From Callorhinchus milii (taxonomy: Eukaryota): 64,000 bases of DNA. The notes beneath the pieces are model-generated. The model saw only the letters and a program-made list of their open reading frames with translations. It had not been told where the DNA came from and ran no database searches. Position numbers and translations under genes: made by a program. Location: assembly GCF_018977255.1 (NCBI RefSeq), contig NW_024704742.1, forward strand, positions 3,968,001 through 4,032,000. Direction: 5' to 3'. Of the stretch, positions 1-12,959 are shown piece after piece (within the stretch, counting starts at the first letter, position 1; every line of letters starts with the position of its first letter).

Positions 1-3000
1 GTACCAAAGGCAAGGATTATTTTAGTCCATCCTAAGGAGGAAGTGGGTTGAAACATCTTTTATTGATATCGGTGCAACAGCAATTACACTGTGAACCCTT
101 TTGTATTTTTCTGACCACATAATATAAAGGCTCCACGAAGTTCAATGCATTACTTTAAAACAAATATTTAGCCAAAATGAGAAAGTATAGTATAGGTATT
201 GCACAACCGAGGCAAGAAATATAATGGTGCAACACAAGCCTGCAATTAATTTTAGTTTTTTGTAACAAAAGGAATTTTATTTCACAAGGTAATCTCTGTT
301 TATTGAATCATTCCAGAATTCTGCTTTGGGCTGTATTTTATATTCTCTACTACTCTGTTGTTTTATACAATATTCCCCACAAAATATACAGTCAATTCAC
401 TTTACAGTACAATCTGTGAAGTGGTTTGAGACGCCTCGAAGACGTAATGATTATTGTTATTATTATAATATTGAAGTATCAGCCACTAGCATCAGATGCA
501 TCAATATCATTAATAACTAGAATAACAAGTCGAACAATTTCAGTTGCTAACCTGCTCGCTCTCGCCTCTTGAATCCGAAAGTTGTGGGTTCAAGACCCAT
601 GTCGAGACACGAACTCACAGTCCAGGCTGACACTTAGTATGGCATTTTTGGAGACCCATCCTTCAGGTGGCATCTCCAATTGTCCTGGCCAGTGTCCTGG
701 CCAACAATCTCCCCCGATAAAATGGGTCATTCACTTCATAGCTGTTTGTGGGACGCTGCGTGCAGAAATTGTACGTACAAAATACACAGTCACTACATTT
801 TACAGTAAATCCTGTGAGAAACATGAGAGTAACTCGGCTCATGCAGTCGAACTTCACTCTAACGACCCCTCTCGGGACCAGGAGAAAAGATTCCATCGTG
901 GTATCCATAAGAACGCAAGAATTTGCTAGGTCAACAACAACAGCAACTTGCATTTATACGGCGTATATAGTGCTTTATAGGTCAAGGAAGACCCAGGTCC
1001 ATCCAGTTCGCCTTCCACTATTATGGCAATCGCATTCACATGACATGTCCCAAACGACACACTGTTTATATTTGGCAAAAATTTTGAGGAAAAGTGCGGA
1101 CAAATTCGGTAAAAATTGCGGAGGGTTGATTGGTGCTGTTGAGAAACACATTCTGTGAAACAACCTGGATTAAAACTAAAGGCATATATATCTCCTGAAC
1201 ATGCAGTTATGCTTAAAGTACTAAAAATGTTTGATATGAATGCAATACAATTACAAAAGTGTTCCAACCACTAAGCTACAGGACTCCACATATATCCGAC
1301 TCCTTCATGTTAATTCTGCTGAACACAAGCCAGACAGAATCTGGAGCAAAACGCTTCAGCCACCTTTGCCTCTTGTCGAATCATTTATAAACCCGAGGAG
1401 CAGCTCCCACTTCAGCCATCATCATCATCATCATCCTCCCCTGAGGAAGAGCCCCTATTTGTCACAAGTGGGTTGTTTTGAACGAATTTCCGCAATGACA
1501 TGACAGAACCCAGTCCCATGAAGGTGACAAGTGAGCTGTTAAGGAACAACGAAAACCACAGCAGGTTTACCCTTAAATAAGATATTAGACTGATCCTGTC
1601 GATGTATTGAGTTCCATCTCTCATTTATTTGTTGTCTTTATCCGGAGTGAAAATAAAGTAGTTCAGCACAATAGGGCTTATCACATTAGTGAAAGGATAG
1701 TGTGGGATATGTAATATAAATCCCATAATATCCCCCATGGGGTCGTGGTGGAGGTGGCGGTGTGTGTGCGGGGAGGGTGTGGTTGGGGTGGGGCTGGGGG
1801 TGGGGGTTTACGTGCGTGAGGTGAGGGTCTCTGCTTGGAATCGAGCCTCAAACCCTGGATGCTAAAATTTAAATAGCCAAAGGAATACAAACGAATTTGT
1901 ATTTCCAAGCACTTCTGTCTGGGATCCCACTGAGTTATTTAGAAACTCAAGTGCGTGTGTGCGTGTGTGTGTGTGTGTGTGTTAAAAAGAAGTTATTTGC
2001 TGCCATCACTGCTCACGGCAGAGGGCTGGAATAGGTTCGTGATGCTTTAGATTCAGGCTGCCTTTGTTGCCAGCTAATTCTATTGACTTCAGTTCGTCCA
2101 CGTGTACCAGGAAGAAACGATAGGATATTAACTACTTCTTGCCAATAAAAAAAAATGAAAAGGACGCCACACATTGCCTCTCTTCTTCAGGTTTCCTGCA
2201 GCCCCAGCTTGTCCTTCACACCCAGTGCCAGATGGGGAGTGAGAGCTGATGCAGTTCTTTGTACTGGAAACCCCCAGAGCTTAGTTTGCAGGTTACAGGT
2301 TACTGAGGCCCTCATGAAAAATTCAAAGCTGACTTAACAAGCAGACTGAAAGTAAACATGTCACTTTATCCACCCTCCCTCTTAGCCAGGACAGTACCGT
2401 GACCGACACGCAACAGGTCTTTAAATGGAGAATGCGCTTGCAGTTTGCTATCTCCCCCCCCCCGCCACCACCACCCCCCACCCCCTCTCTCTCTCTCTCT
2501 CTCTCTCGCGTTGATGTAACCAGCTCTGAATAAGAAATCGACTTTCACAGTCAGGAAGGAACAATAGTGACAACAGGGCTAATATTCGCTGTAGCAGAAC
2601 GCTGGTCAGGCAGGTTCAATTTTATTTAGTTGAAGAGCCCGTTTCCGAAACTGCACTTAAAAAAAATAATAGCCTGGCAAGTCCAAAGTTAAAAGGGGGG
2701 GGAAAAAAAGCAGCGAACGACCTAAGGTGACGATAATCCTGTCTGAACTGTTTTTGTTTTCAGTGGGTCTGCGGTTCTGAGCAGCCTTGCTGAAAAATAA
2801 TAGTTTTTTTTTCTTGTTTTGCAATAGGTTTTGCAACGAAATAAACAATTAAATAAATGAATAAATAATCACATAAACTGGTGCATGCCAGGATCCATTG
2901 GCACAATGGTGCAAAAGGATGATAAACAACATAATAAAGATGTGCCATTCTCCGTTATAACAGGCGTGCATAACCATGTCGAAAGCATGTATTCTAATTA

Positions 3001-3469
3001 GGGGAGAGAACAAAGACCCATTAAATTATTCAACTGCCCAAACATGATTACCTAGTTACTTCGGGGGGTGGTCGAAGCATCTGGTCAGCAGTGGAGGGTG
3101 GGGAGTGAAAGCCTCTGTCCAAACCAAGGACACAGCCTGATGCCCAACGTCACTCACAGAGACAGGCGTCGTCCTTGTCATGTACCAAATATTACCATTA
3201 TTCCAAAGGGCCTTTCAGCTTTGTATCACACTGACATGCATTCAGTCTCGGAAGAAAGAAATTCCATATATTTTACATATGGACTATGTGGTATTTATGG
3301 ATTACTTGCCCCCCCCAACCCTCCTCCATACACACACACACATCATTGGATATTCATAGCTATTACAAATACTTAGTGTTGTTTTCTCTTTCTTATCCGA
3401 AAATAATGCATGCAACAATGATGAGTTGTTGATAACAATGATCGCACAACAGTTATGGTGAATCTTTAT

Positions 3470-4035
3470 AAAACACTGGTTAGGCCTCAGTGAGAGACTG
3501 CGTTCAGTTCTGGGCCCCAAACTTTAGGAAGGATGTCAAGGCATTGGAGAGGGTACAAAGGAGATTGACCAGGATGGTACCAGGAATGAGGGACTTCAGT
3601 TATCAGGAGAGGCAGAGAAGCCGGGATTATTCTCATTGGAGCAGAGAAGGTTAAGAGGAGACTTCATAGAAGTTTTCAAAATTGTGAGGGGATTCGAATG
3701 GGTGAACAAGGAGAAACTATTTCCACTGGCGGGTGGGTCGGTAACCCGAGGACACTGATTTAAAATAGTTGATAAAATAAAAGAAACAGGAGAATTTTTT
3801 TCACGCAGCGAGTTGTTCGGATCTGGAATGTGTTGCCTCAAAGGCTGGTGGAAGCCAAGTTGATAACAACTTTTAAGAGAGAAGTAGATAATTATTTGGA
3901 GAGGACAAGTTTGCAGGCCTATGGGGAGAGCGCGGGGGGAGTGAGATTGAATTGATAGCTCTTTTCAAAGAGCCGACACAGATACGATGGGACGAATGGC
4001 CTCCTTCTGTGCTGTATAACTCTATGATTCTATGA
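3470..4035 (+). mobile_element. CR1 LINE 3' fragment (ORF2 end plus 3' UTR)
   Basis: Degenerate LVRP..YCVQFW.P..RKDVKALERVQRR.TRMVPGMR motif typical of the CR1 RT C-terminus; terminal CTATGATTCTATGA repeat. Confidence 0.85.
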
Positions 4036-4252
4036 CAACAAGTTATTTCTTGAGAAAAGTTACACCTCATGACATTGCAGACACCTCGAGGTCAGATTGT
4101 TGCCCTCTAATGACTCCCAGCTACTATAATCCACCTTCAAATAAAAATACGGCCACAAAATAGCCAGACCTACAACAACAACTTGCATTTATATCGTACC
4201 TGTCATGCAGGGTAGCGTCCCAGAGCGCTTGATAGTTGGGGAGCATGATGCC

Positions 4253-4425
4253 GATAATAATAATCCTTGCCTTTGATATAGCGCTTTTCACATCTTCGAG
4301 ACGTCTCAAAGCGCTTCACAGAATATACTGTAAAGTGAATTGACTGTATATTTGTGGGCGAAATGCGGCGGTCAATTGCGCACAGCAATGCCCCACAAAC
4401 AGTCGAGGCTTGAAGTGACCAATTT
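4253..4425 (-). mobile_element. SINE 3' part (similar fragments at ~375-465, 5140-5235, 5590-5695, 11060-11230, 12300-12430, 22835-22955, 39745-39952, 40310-40533, 60770-61030)
   Basis: Matches the family core and tail in reverse orientation. Confidence 0.75.
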
Positions 4426-7400
4426 AATAGGTAGGACCTGGGTATTCCTCCTGCTTTACACTTACAGCTTGAAAATTCCAATTAACATCCATTCACTGAT
4501 TTTGAAACCGAAAATAGCATTGCATCTTAATCTTACAGAGTTATATCACACAGAAGTCAAATTAACCCACTTTCAGACATTATCAGAATAAAATGCAAAT
4601 TCAAAAATACTGTACTGTTGAGTATCTTCTTGACCTAAAACAAATCAATCGCTATGTATTGTGCAACAGAAGTCCAAGTGTTACTCATTAAATCATTCAT
4701 ATCAAAGTACTGTGACTCATAAGAAAAAAAACTACACTATAAATTTATGAATGCTGAACAATATTCTCTCGATTTAAATAGTCATATGTTATCGAGACTG
4801 TCCTGATGTCCCCTTGTGGTTTTTTTCTTCGGTGGAATGGATGCTGGAATCCACAGGAACACATTTCTATGCGAGTACTGATTCAATTAACTTATTGAAA
4901 TCCCGGGGTCGTTTGGTTGTGGTCAATATGTGTGTGTAGATGAGTGTTTATGTGCAAAAGAGAGAGAAGGGCGGGTGAAAGAGAATGTGGTTGTGCATTC
5001 AGCGTATTGTTTAGGTAAGATTATACGTGACTCTGAGACAGTAAAGCTCAGACTAGAGCAAGTAAATAAAAAACTATTAGTAAGGAAGTAAAATTAATTG
5101 TATTCCAAAATCATTTCATGTAACTATATATTGGTTATAGTAATAATAATCCTTGCATTTGATATAGAACCTTTCACCTGGGGAGGACATCTCAAAGTGC
5201 TTCACAGGATTTACTATAAAGCGTAGTGACTGTATGCTTCCAGCTAAATATGGTGATTCTTTTTCTTATGCCTTTAAAAATGGGAAATCCCATCACAAAA
5301 ACGTCGCGAAAACAAATCGCCAGTTTTCACACTTAGTGAAACAGAAAGGAGACAGTGTGAGAGTTCGCACAGTACTGCAGAACCTAAAGGAAGTGTACAA
5401 AAAAAAACTTTATCTTTCTTTTTGAGTGTTTGTCCCACAAACAGTCTTGGATTGAGCAACCAAATTATTATTTTTTAAAGTTTATTTTTATTTGAAAGGA
5501 TTATTACTCCCAGAAAAGCGATCTGCCAATCGACTAACAACCTATTGTTATTAACAGTCGGATTAACCTAATCCTAGTAACAGTTAGGTAAACAGGCATA
5601 TGTAGTAAGGAAATTTGTTTTGTTTTGCTCAGAAATCAAACCCAGGTCCTCTCACTTGCGAGGCGAGTGCTCTAACCAATACGCCACAGGACTCACTACC
5701 CAATGAGGACATAGGGTCACATTGCCAGGGAATCAGGTCCTGACAATCACCTCAAGGTGACCTTTAAGCCAACTCCATGGAAGTTTGAATATCCTCGAGC
5801 AGTGAGGAGGAGGAGTGCTGAAACATCCCACTGTGCTCATAACACCAACCAAAGAGGTGAACTGATGCAACAACTGTGCCCTTTGCACTAACACACACAC
5901 TGTTAAACCCACACATCCCAGTGTCTAGCATCTGTACATGTGAGGGTAAGCTCTCTCACCTGTTTTCTTGGTGGGAGGAATGAGGGATCAGCACTCTGGC
6001 TGTTTTGCACGCTGATGTGTACCATCTATCTGCACCGGTCTATGGATATCTTCAAGCAGTTGGTTGCCACCCTCCTTAGGACTGTACAGAGACATCTTCC
6101 TCTCAGGCCACGATGACTTGTTTCTGCAACTTCAAAGACAAAGATGAAGATATCTAAATATATATTATGTATGTAATTTATCTCAAAATCTGCGGACAAA
6201 AGTCTTCACTTGGGTTTTTTTTTCTCTAACTCCCACAGAACCTGGGATTACCGAACCATTCCTCATCGATCATCTCTCGAAAAACATGGGATCAGTCTTA
6301 ATGCTCTCCTCTGCATTGCCTCTTTACGTCTTGGAGATGAAAGCTCAGAGCTGATCAGAACACTGTACAGTTGCCAACAGTGTCAAGCGCTTTGAGACAT
6401 CCTACTGATGTGCGAGGTCCTATATAAATGTAAATTGTATTGTATAGTTTGAGCATGACACCTGGGGATTTAAATTCAATTAATGTCACCATGTAGCCCA
6501 ACATCCTGTAAGCCTGAGCTATTACTACCTCACACTGATTGGATGTGTTGCGTCAATCAGCACCTCTAAGGCTCTTTCACCTCCCCCTTGGCAAGTTCAT
6601 TTAATGTAATTGTAAGAATGTCCCTTGTCGATAAATTTCTGTTTGCTGCAGTCGGGGGTTGTCCCAAGGCACTGAACAGTCGGGGGAGTGAAGGGAACGG
6701 GCAGGTTTGTGGGTATTTGCTATATGCAGTACTATATTTGTCTGCAGTAACCAGAAATATGTCGAGTCAACCAACCAAACTGTTCTGCAGTGGATTCCTG
6801 TAGGTGAATGCTAAATGGATTTCGTATTAGATCCAATGCGCTCCAGTAGAGTAATGTAGGTCCATAGTCCAGCAACAGTTACCAGACAGGTTTCACCCAC
6901 TTGCCATTTTTTCCACTTTATTGCAAGCACCATTTCTGAATGCCGACGGAAAAGAGGTCATTAGGTTGTGATTGCCATTGCCGCGCGTCGTAGCTGCCTT
7001 TTCTGGTTGAAGCAAATCTGCTAGCAGTACTTTGCTATTGCCACAAGGGACCCGCTGCGCTATCCATTGCCTGCGAAATAAACAAAATCTAAAATTACTC
7101 CGTTTCCTAAGGTCGGCTCCTTTTTAGGTGTCTTTCATGAAAACAAGCACAAGAGTCTGCCGGAGATGAATCAAATTCACAGCGCCACACGTCAAGAGCT
7201 ATTCACTTAATGAAACTCTTTAATAATTTAAGATTTTTTTTCATTTTGCTAAGCTTGTGTAGCTTATGAATCGCTGCCATTTTTCTCGTTTTCAATGTGT
7301 TCATTGTCGTATAACTTAATCCCCTAGTAAAATGGACAAGGCTGCTTTTTGCAGCTCACTATTGTATGCTGAATAAATAATTGATAAGTGATAACTTTCG

Positions 7401-7937
7401 GTTGTAGTCTCTCCCCTTCGATGTTTTATTGCTCTGTCTCACTGGAACTTTCCTCCTGCTACTCATCTTTGTTTACATGCAAGGTATCACTTACCTGTTG
7501 TCTTTCATAATTCTACGAAATAAAATCTGCAGCGAAGGCAGGACGAGTAGATGCGAAAGCTTTGGGTATTTCCTCCTATCAAGAACTTCTCACTAAGCCT
7601 TTTATTTCGCACAAAAGCGGTTAAGATTACGATAAAAAAAAATTGAGCATTTTTACACCAAGTTAACTCGAATTAGCAGACTTGTCATTGATGTTCCTTC
7701 AGCTGGTGCTAACAACACATTACATTTTGCAAGGCTGCCTTAATAGGTCGGTTATGCCACATAGTCCTCATACACTCAAGGTGTCTGTTCACCAATACAT
7801 ACTTCATAGAATAATCGTACAATTGGTAAGTATTAACCCAAATCCACTAAACTAAATATAAATGAATAGAAATCTTCATTTTAAACAAAAAATAAACATT
7901 TCTAACTGGAAATTTTCTCCCTCCCAACATGCCCCAG

Positions 7938-8040
7938 TTCTGACGAAGGGTCGTGGACCCAAAACGTCGACGCACTTTCCTTTCTGTATAGATGCTGCCT
8001 GACCTGCTGAGGGTTCCCAGCCACTTCTGTTTTCATTTCT
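7938..8040 (+). mobile_element. Penelope-like element terminal fragment with a decayed hammerhead motif
   Basis: CTGACGAAGGGTC-GTG-GACCC-AAAAC-GTCGAC followed by AGATGCTGCCTGACCTGCTGAG, a sequence I recall as abundant in cartilaginous-fish Penelope-type repeats. Confidence 0.6.
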
Positions 8041-8079
8041 AATTGGAACTTGTACTGTCAATGCTGTTTAATCTTTTGG

Positions 8080-8736
8080 ACATTTCAAGTGCATTCCTCT
8101 CTGGTCTCTTCAGTTCTACAATCCACAAACTCCAACTTATCCAAAACTCCAACCTGCACCAAACTCCACGTGTCTATCACCCTGTCCTCACCAAGCTCCA
8201 AGGTCCTTACCCTCACCTATTATTCCCTTCACACCCGAACACCTGACCCCATCACCCCCACCATCGCCCGGCTCCACTGGCTCCCCATCCCTCAGAGGAT
8301 AGAATTCAAAATCCTCATCCTCACTTTCAAGACCCTCCATGGCCTTGCCTCCTCCTACCTCTCTGTCCTGCTGACCCCTGTCAACCTGTCCGCTCCCTCT
8401 GCTCAGCGGGCTCTGGCCTGCTCCAGGTCTCCCGGCCAACCCGCCCTACCATCGGCAGCCGGACTTTCAGCGTCTCTGCTCCCACCCTTTGGAACTCCAT
8501 CCCATAGTTCCTTCGCCTCGCTCCCTTCCCTCCATTGCCTCCTTCAAGGCATGACCTAAGACCCTCCTTTTCGACTGTACCTTCAACCGCCCTCCTACGC
8601 CCTCTGCCCTCCCTCATCCCAACCTTGCCCCCTCCCCCACACTCGGGCCCTGATCCCTGACTGTTCAGCGCCTTGGGACGTCCTCCCAACGTGAAAGACG
8701 CTTTAGAAATGTAATTTTGTTGTTGTTGCTGTTGTT
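8080..8736 (+). mobile_element. L2 LINE 3' fragment
   Basis: ORF 8050..8559 contains PITPTIARLHWLPIPQRIEFKILILTFKTLHGLASSYLS (L2 ORF2 C-terminus); tail AGCGCCTTGGGACGTCCTCCC...(GTT)n. Confidence 0.88.
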
Positions 8737-9623
8737 ATCTTGTTTATCACCACCTCCCCCCCTTCCTCTGCTCAGCTAAGATGGGCTTTCCATGCGTTTC
8801 CCCAGCCCCTCCGCACAACCGGGCCTAACCTCCAGAACTCCCTCCTTCTACATCTTCGTATGTCTTCAAGCCCCACCTTAAAACAACAGCACCAACTTAT
8901 ATTTATATAGCGCGGTTCACACAGCAGAGCATCTTGGAGCGCTTAAGCTTAGCGCCTAACACTTTGACCGTACCTATAGCCGATTCGCTTCCCCTCCCCT
9001 CCCCTGCTCGGCATCCAACCTCATCAACATAACGTGCTCTGAGATGTTACCTTACGTGAAGAGAGCTATATAAATGCACGTTGTTGTCATTCCTCTATTC
9101 TTTCGTTATTTGAACTTTGATTGTTGCTATTTTCTTTACCTATTTTAGCCTGAGACCTATCACGTACTCTTCCGATCCTTTCTTCCTGATCCCATCGCCC
9201 CCTGTGAGAAGTAAGAGCTGGCTGAGTGAAATTATTTACAGTCCTTTAAAAGATAATGGTGTTAAACATTATTTGTGAACTGTTCCAGTGGAGTTGGCCA
9301 GATGCCAGAGTGATCCAAATATTTTTCCAAAAGAATGATTATTTTTTCAGGATGTGCTATTTTTAACACGTTTAATGAGATTGGAGGGGATTAATGGGAT
9401 TCAATCACTGTTAACTGGACCCACGCTATTGTCACAACAACATTCCATCATGTTCAAATAATAGTAATAATAACCCTTATATTTGATATAGTCCCTTTCA
9501 TGTCAGGAGGACCTTCCCCTTTTAGCAGGAGACAAACTTGTGTTATTGCACTTGTCTGCACGTTAACTGAGCTCCCAGGTTCAGAACCTCTTGTCCAATT
9601 GATTACTTGGAGCGCTGTGGTGT

Positions 9624-9992
9624 GGAGTCCTGGAGCTCAGTGGTCAGAGCACTCATCTCACAAGCGAGAGACCTGGGTTCGATTCCCAGGCAGGGCAAAA
9701 CCTGAGGCAACTTTCCTTACTCCACACGCCTCTGTTTACCTAGCAGCAAGTAGAAACCCGATTGTTGGTTAATTGGCAGATCACTTTCCGGGGGTAATAA
9801 TCCCTTAAAAAAAAAGTGGTCACTCAATTCACGACTGTTTATAGGATACTGTTGTGTGCAAGTGGTTGTTGCATTTCGCCCCCCAAAAAATATAGTCAAT
9901 TCATTTTATAGTAAATTCTGTGAAGCGCTTTGAGGCATTGCAACGATGTGATAAGGCACTATACCAAATACAAGGATTATTAATATTATATT
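9624..9992 (+). mobile_element. Older full-length SINE of the same superfamily
   Basis: tRNA-like head GGAGTCCTGGAGCTCAGTGG...GTTCGATTCCC, diverged core, (ATT)n tail. Confidence 0.8.
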
Positions 9993-12647
9993 ACTTTGGC
10001 TCCTGCTTTTCTGCAGTCACCGGCATAGAATTTGCAGCTTGCGTTCACAGCTCAATTGCCAAGTTGATGGGATGGATTAACCCTGTGCAAATATGAATAA
10101 GTGCCCTTAATTATTTAACTAACAACCAACAAAAAAGGATTCCAGGTGATTCTGTGACACTTTGTATTGGTTCTTAGTAACATAACTGAGTGCACCTGTA
10201 CGTGTTTGAACATAGCTGAACCCAAACCATAAACTTGTAACGTTGAATGAAGTTTTTTTTTTGGTGGTGTCATTCTCTGTTCTTATTTCTGCGATTTTCT
10301 TATAACACAGATTGAGTAGCAGGATCAAAGGTTCATCAGAGGGTTTGTAAGCTGTGTATATTTATGGCTTGAAATCTCTCATGGGCTTAGTGGTCAGATA
10401 GTAGTCTTAAATTGGGGAGGAAATTCTTAATTGCAGTCTAGATTTACTCGACTTCGGTAATCAAAGTATATAATAAGATGTAATGTGGGGGGAAAAAAAT
10501 CAATTTGTGCATGTACCAGGACACGTCTCAGGCTGTCCTCTTGAGCTCTGTTCAAAATGCTGATCTCAAGCTCGACTTCCCTGAAGTCAGGTCACAGCTA
10601 AAGGAGACGTGAGCAATTGGCAAGACCCTGGTGTTTGAGCGGAGTTCCAGCAGGGCAGGCAACATCCAGGAATGTGTCGGATTCACTGCTTCCAAATCAA
10701 TTGGTGACTCTTGCAACACACACACACACACCCACGACAACCTGCACTTAAATGAATTGCTTTCACGTAGAGATTCAGGTCCCTGTAAATCCAGGGAGTA
10801 TCTCACTTCGAAGCCAACAGGTGGTCCGGGTTGTTCCTAGTGTAGAAATGAACTGGTTTATATTATGTAACTCCAGAGCCAATGTAATAATAAGTCACAA
10901 TTCTTTGCCAGAATCTCTCCAGAAAGTTTTTTTTTTTAAAAAACGCAAGGACACTGGCTTGCAGAAGCACTGTGTCTGCAATGTCTTTTTATTTGATTCG
11001 GTGACTCAGATTCAAATAAGATTCTACAAGTCAAATAGCTTGCCGGTATCTCCTACCCAAATAATAATAATCTTTACATTTGGCGTGGCAACTTTCATAT
11101 CAGGAGGACATCCCAAAGGGCTTCCAAGGAAATACGTAAAGCGCAATGACTGTGGTTTTTGGGGGCCAACACAGCACCCAATTTGTGCACAGCAACGTAT
11201 CACAAAACACAAGAACTGAGTGATCAATTTTATTTTGTGGGCGGTGTTGGCCAGGAGAAACTCCCTTCCCTTTGTGAATCATGCCGTAGGATTTTTAACG
11301 TCCACCTGGACAGACAGACAGACAGACGGGACCTCAGTTTAGCATCATATCCGAAGGAGGGTATCTTTGACGATGCAACACAACTGCAACAGGGTGACAC
11401 ACATGCTCACCTGTGAAGAATGGGTTTCGGGGCGAGTCGGGAAGCCTACATTTGTGGAGCTTTACCCCACCAGCATGCGTCAGCGTTGCAAACATTTCTA
11501 CTGCAGTGGGAGCATTCCCTGACCAACTGCGGGGCAAGAATTTTCCAAGCATACTGTTATGGGTTGAAACTTTTCCGACAACTCTGCGCTAAAGTGCTAA
11601 GGCTCCTTCAAACGTGGATGAATTCATTCACCTTTGTGAGTTCCTCCAAATATGCAAAGATCAGTCGTAGACTCCATGACTACCTTGTGCTATCACCACA
11701 GCCTTGGAAACACCTGTCAGCTTAATGAATTACGATCGCGACCGAGTCAGAGGAGATAAAGGACTCCACTTCAATGCAATTACCAATGGATAGAAGAGTT
11801 TATTGCGGGGCGTGCAACTGAATTTGGATCACAAACAAGGAAACTCGTAATAAATGGAGATTAATGCTCGAGGTGTTCCTTTCATGGCAGCCAATGACTT
11901 TTTCAATCAAATGACATGATGACATGGTGTGTTGCTTGCAACACCAATTGTTGCAACAATGCTGTATGACTTACGTGATATGATGAAATACTGTAATTTG
12001 AATATAATCTTTGAAAAAAATCCCAAACCCGTCTTACGCAACAACATAAAATAAAAGTTATTTTCTGAGCTTGCAATAAAGCGTCTGAGGGAGCATAGGC
12101 CAGGTCCCACCCTAAGTTGTTCCTTTGCCAAGCCCCAGTGATGGCTTAACGTTGCTAGTTTTTGCATTGTGTATCTTTCTTTAGTCAAGTATGTGGAAGA
12201 GTCTGAGCTTCCCAGTTCAGCGTCATCATCAAAGCAAGGCTACGATTTACCTGCTGGAGTCGTAAATTCGAAAGATAAAAAATAATTATTTTATTTGATG
12301 TAGTGGCTGCCGGGTTATCACCTGCAAAGTATATAGTCAATTTGCTTTACAGTATATTCTGGGAAGCGCTTTGAGACGTCTCGAAGACGTGATAAGGCGC
12401 TGTATCAAATGCAAAGATTGTTTTTATTATCGTGCCTCAATACATCGTCAATGTCTCAAAGCGCTTCACAGGATTTTACTGTAAGTTATAGTGACTATGC
12501 TTGTAGGCAAATTCAGTTGGTCCTCCCATTGATTGCCCACCCCCCCTCCCCACCCCCCACCCACCTCTCTTCAGAGTCACAAAGACAGCAGCAATCCAGC
12601 ACCAAGTGAGTTAAGATGACCAATGGAAAGGAAATGAGGAGTCCTGT

Positions 12648-12959
12648 GGAGTCCTGTAGCTCAGTGGTTAGAGCACTCGCTTTGCAAGCGAGAGACCTGA
12701 GTTCAATTCCAGGCAGAGGGCAAAACCTTGGGCAAGTTTCCTTACTCCACACAGAGCCTAATAATAATCCCTCCAAAACAATAATAAATTGGTCATTTTC
12801 AATCTACGACTGTTTGTGGGACATTGCTGTGCGCAATTGGCTGCCGCGTTCGCCCACAAATATATACAGTCAATTCACTTTACAGTGTGTTCTGTGAAGC
12901 GCTTTGGGACGTCCTCCCGACGTGAAAAGCGCTATATCAAATGCAAGGATTATTATTAT
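12648..12959 (+). mobile_element. Full-length tRNA-Ala-derived SINE (Deu-type core, L2-like tail; holocephalan SINE2-like family)
   Basis: A box TAGCTCAGTGG, anticodon arm CTCGC-TTTGCAA-GCGAG, B box GTTCAATTCC, core TTGCTGTGCGCAATTGGCTGCCGCGTT, tail GAAGCGCTTTGGGACG...GCGCTATATCAAATGCAAG(ATT)n. Confidence 0.9.

Noticed and set aside
12648-12720. tRNA-Ala(TGC)-like sequence (also at 9624, 25517 and 42021)
   Set aside because: The acceptor stem is poor and the sequence runs directly into the SINE body and L2 tail, so it is a SINE head and not a tRNA gene.
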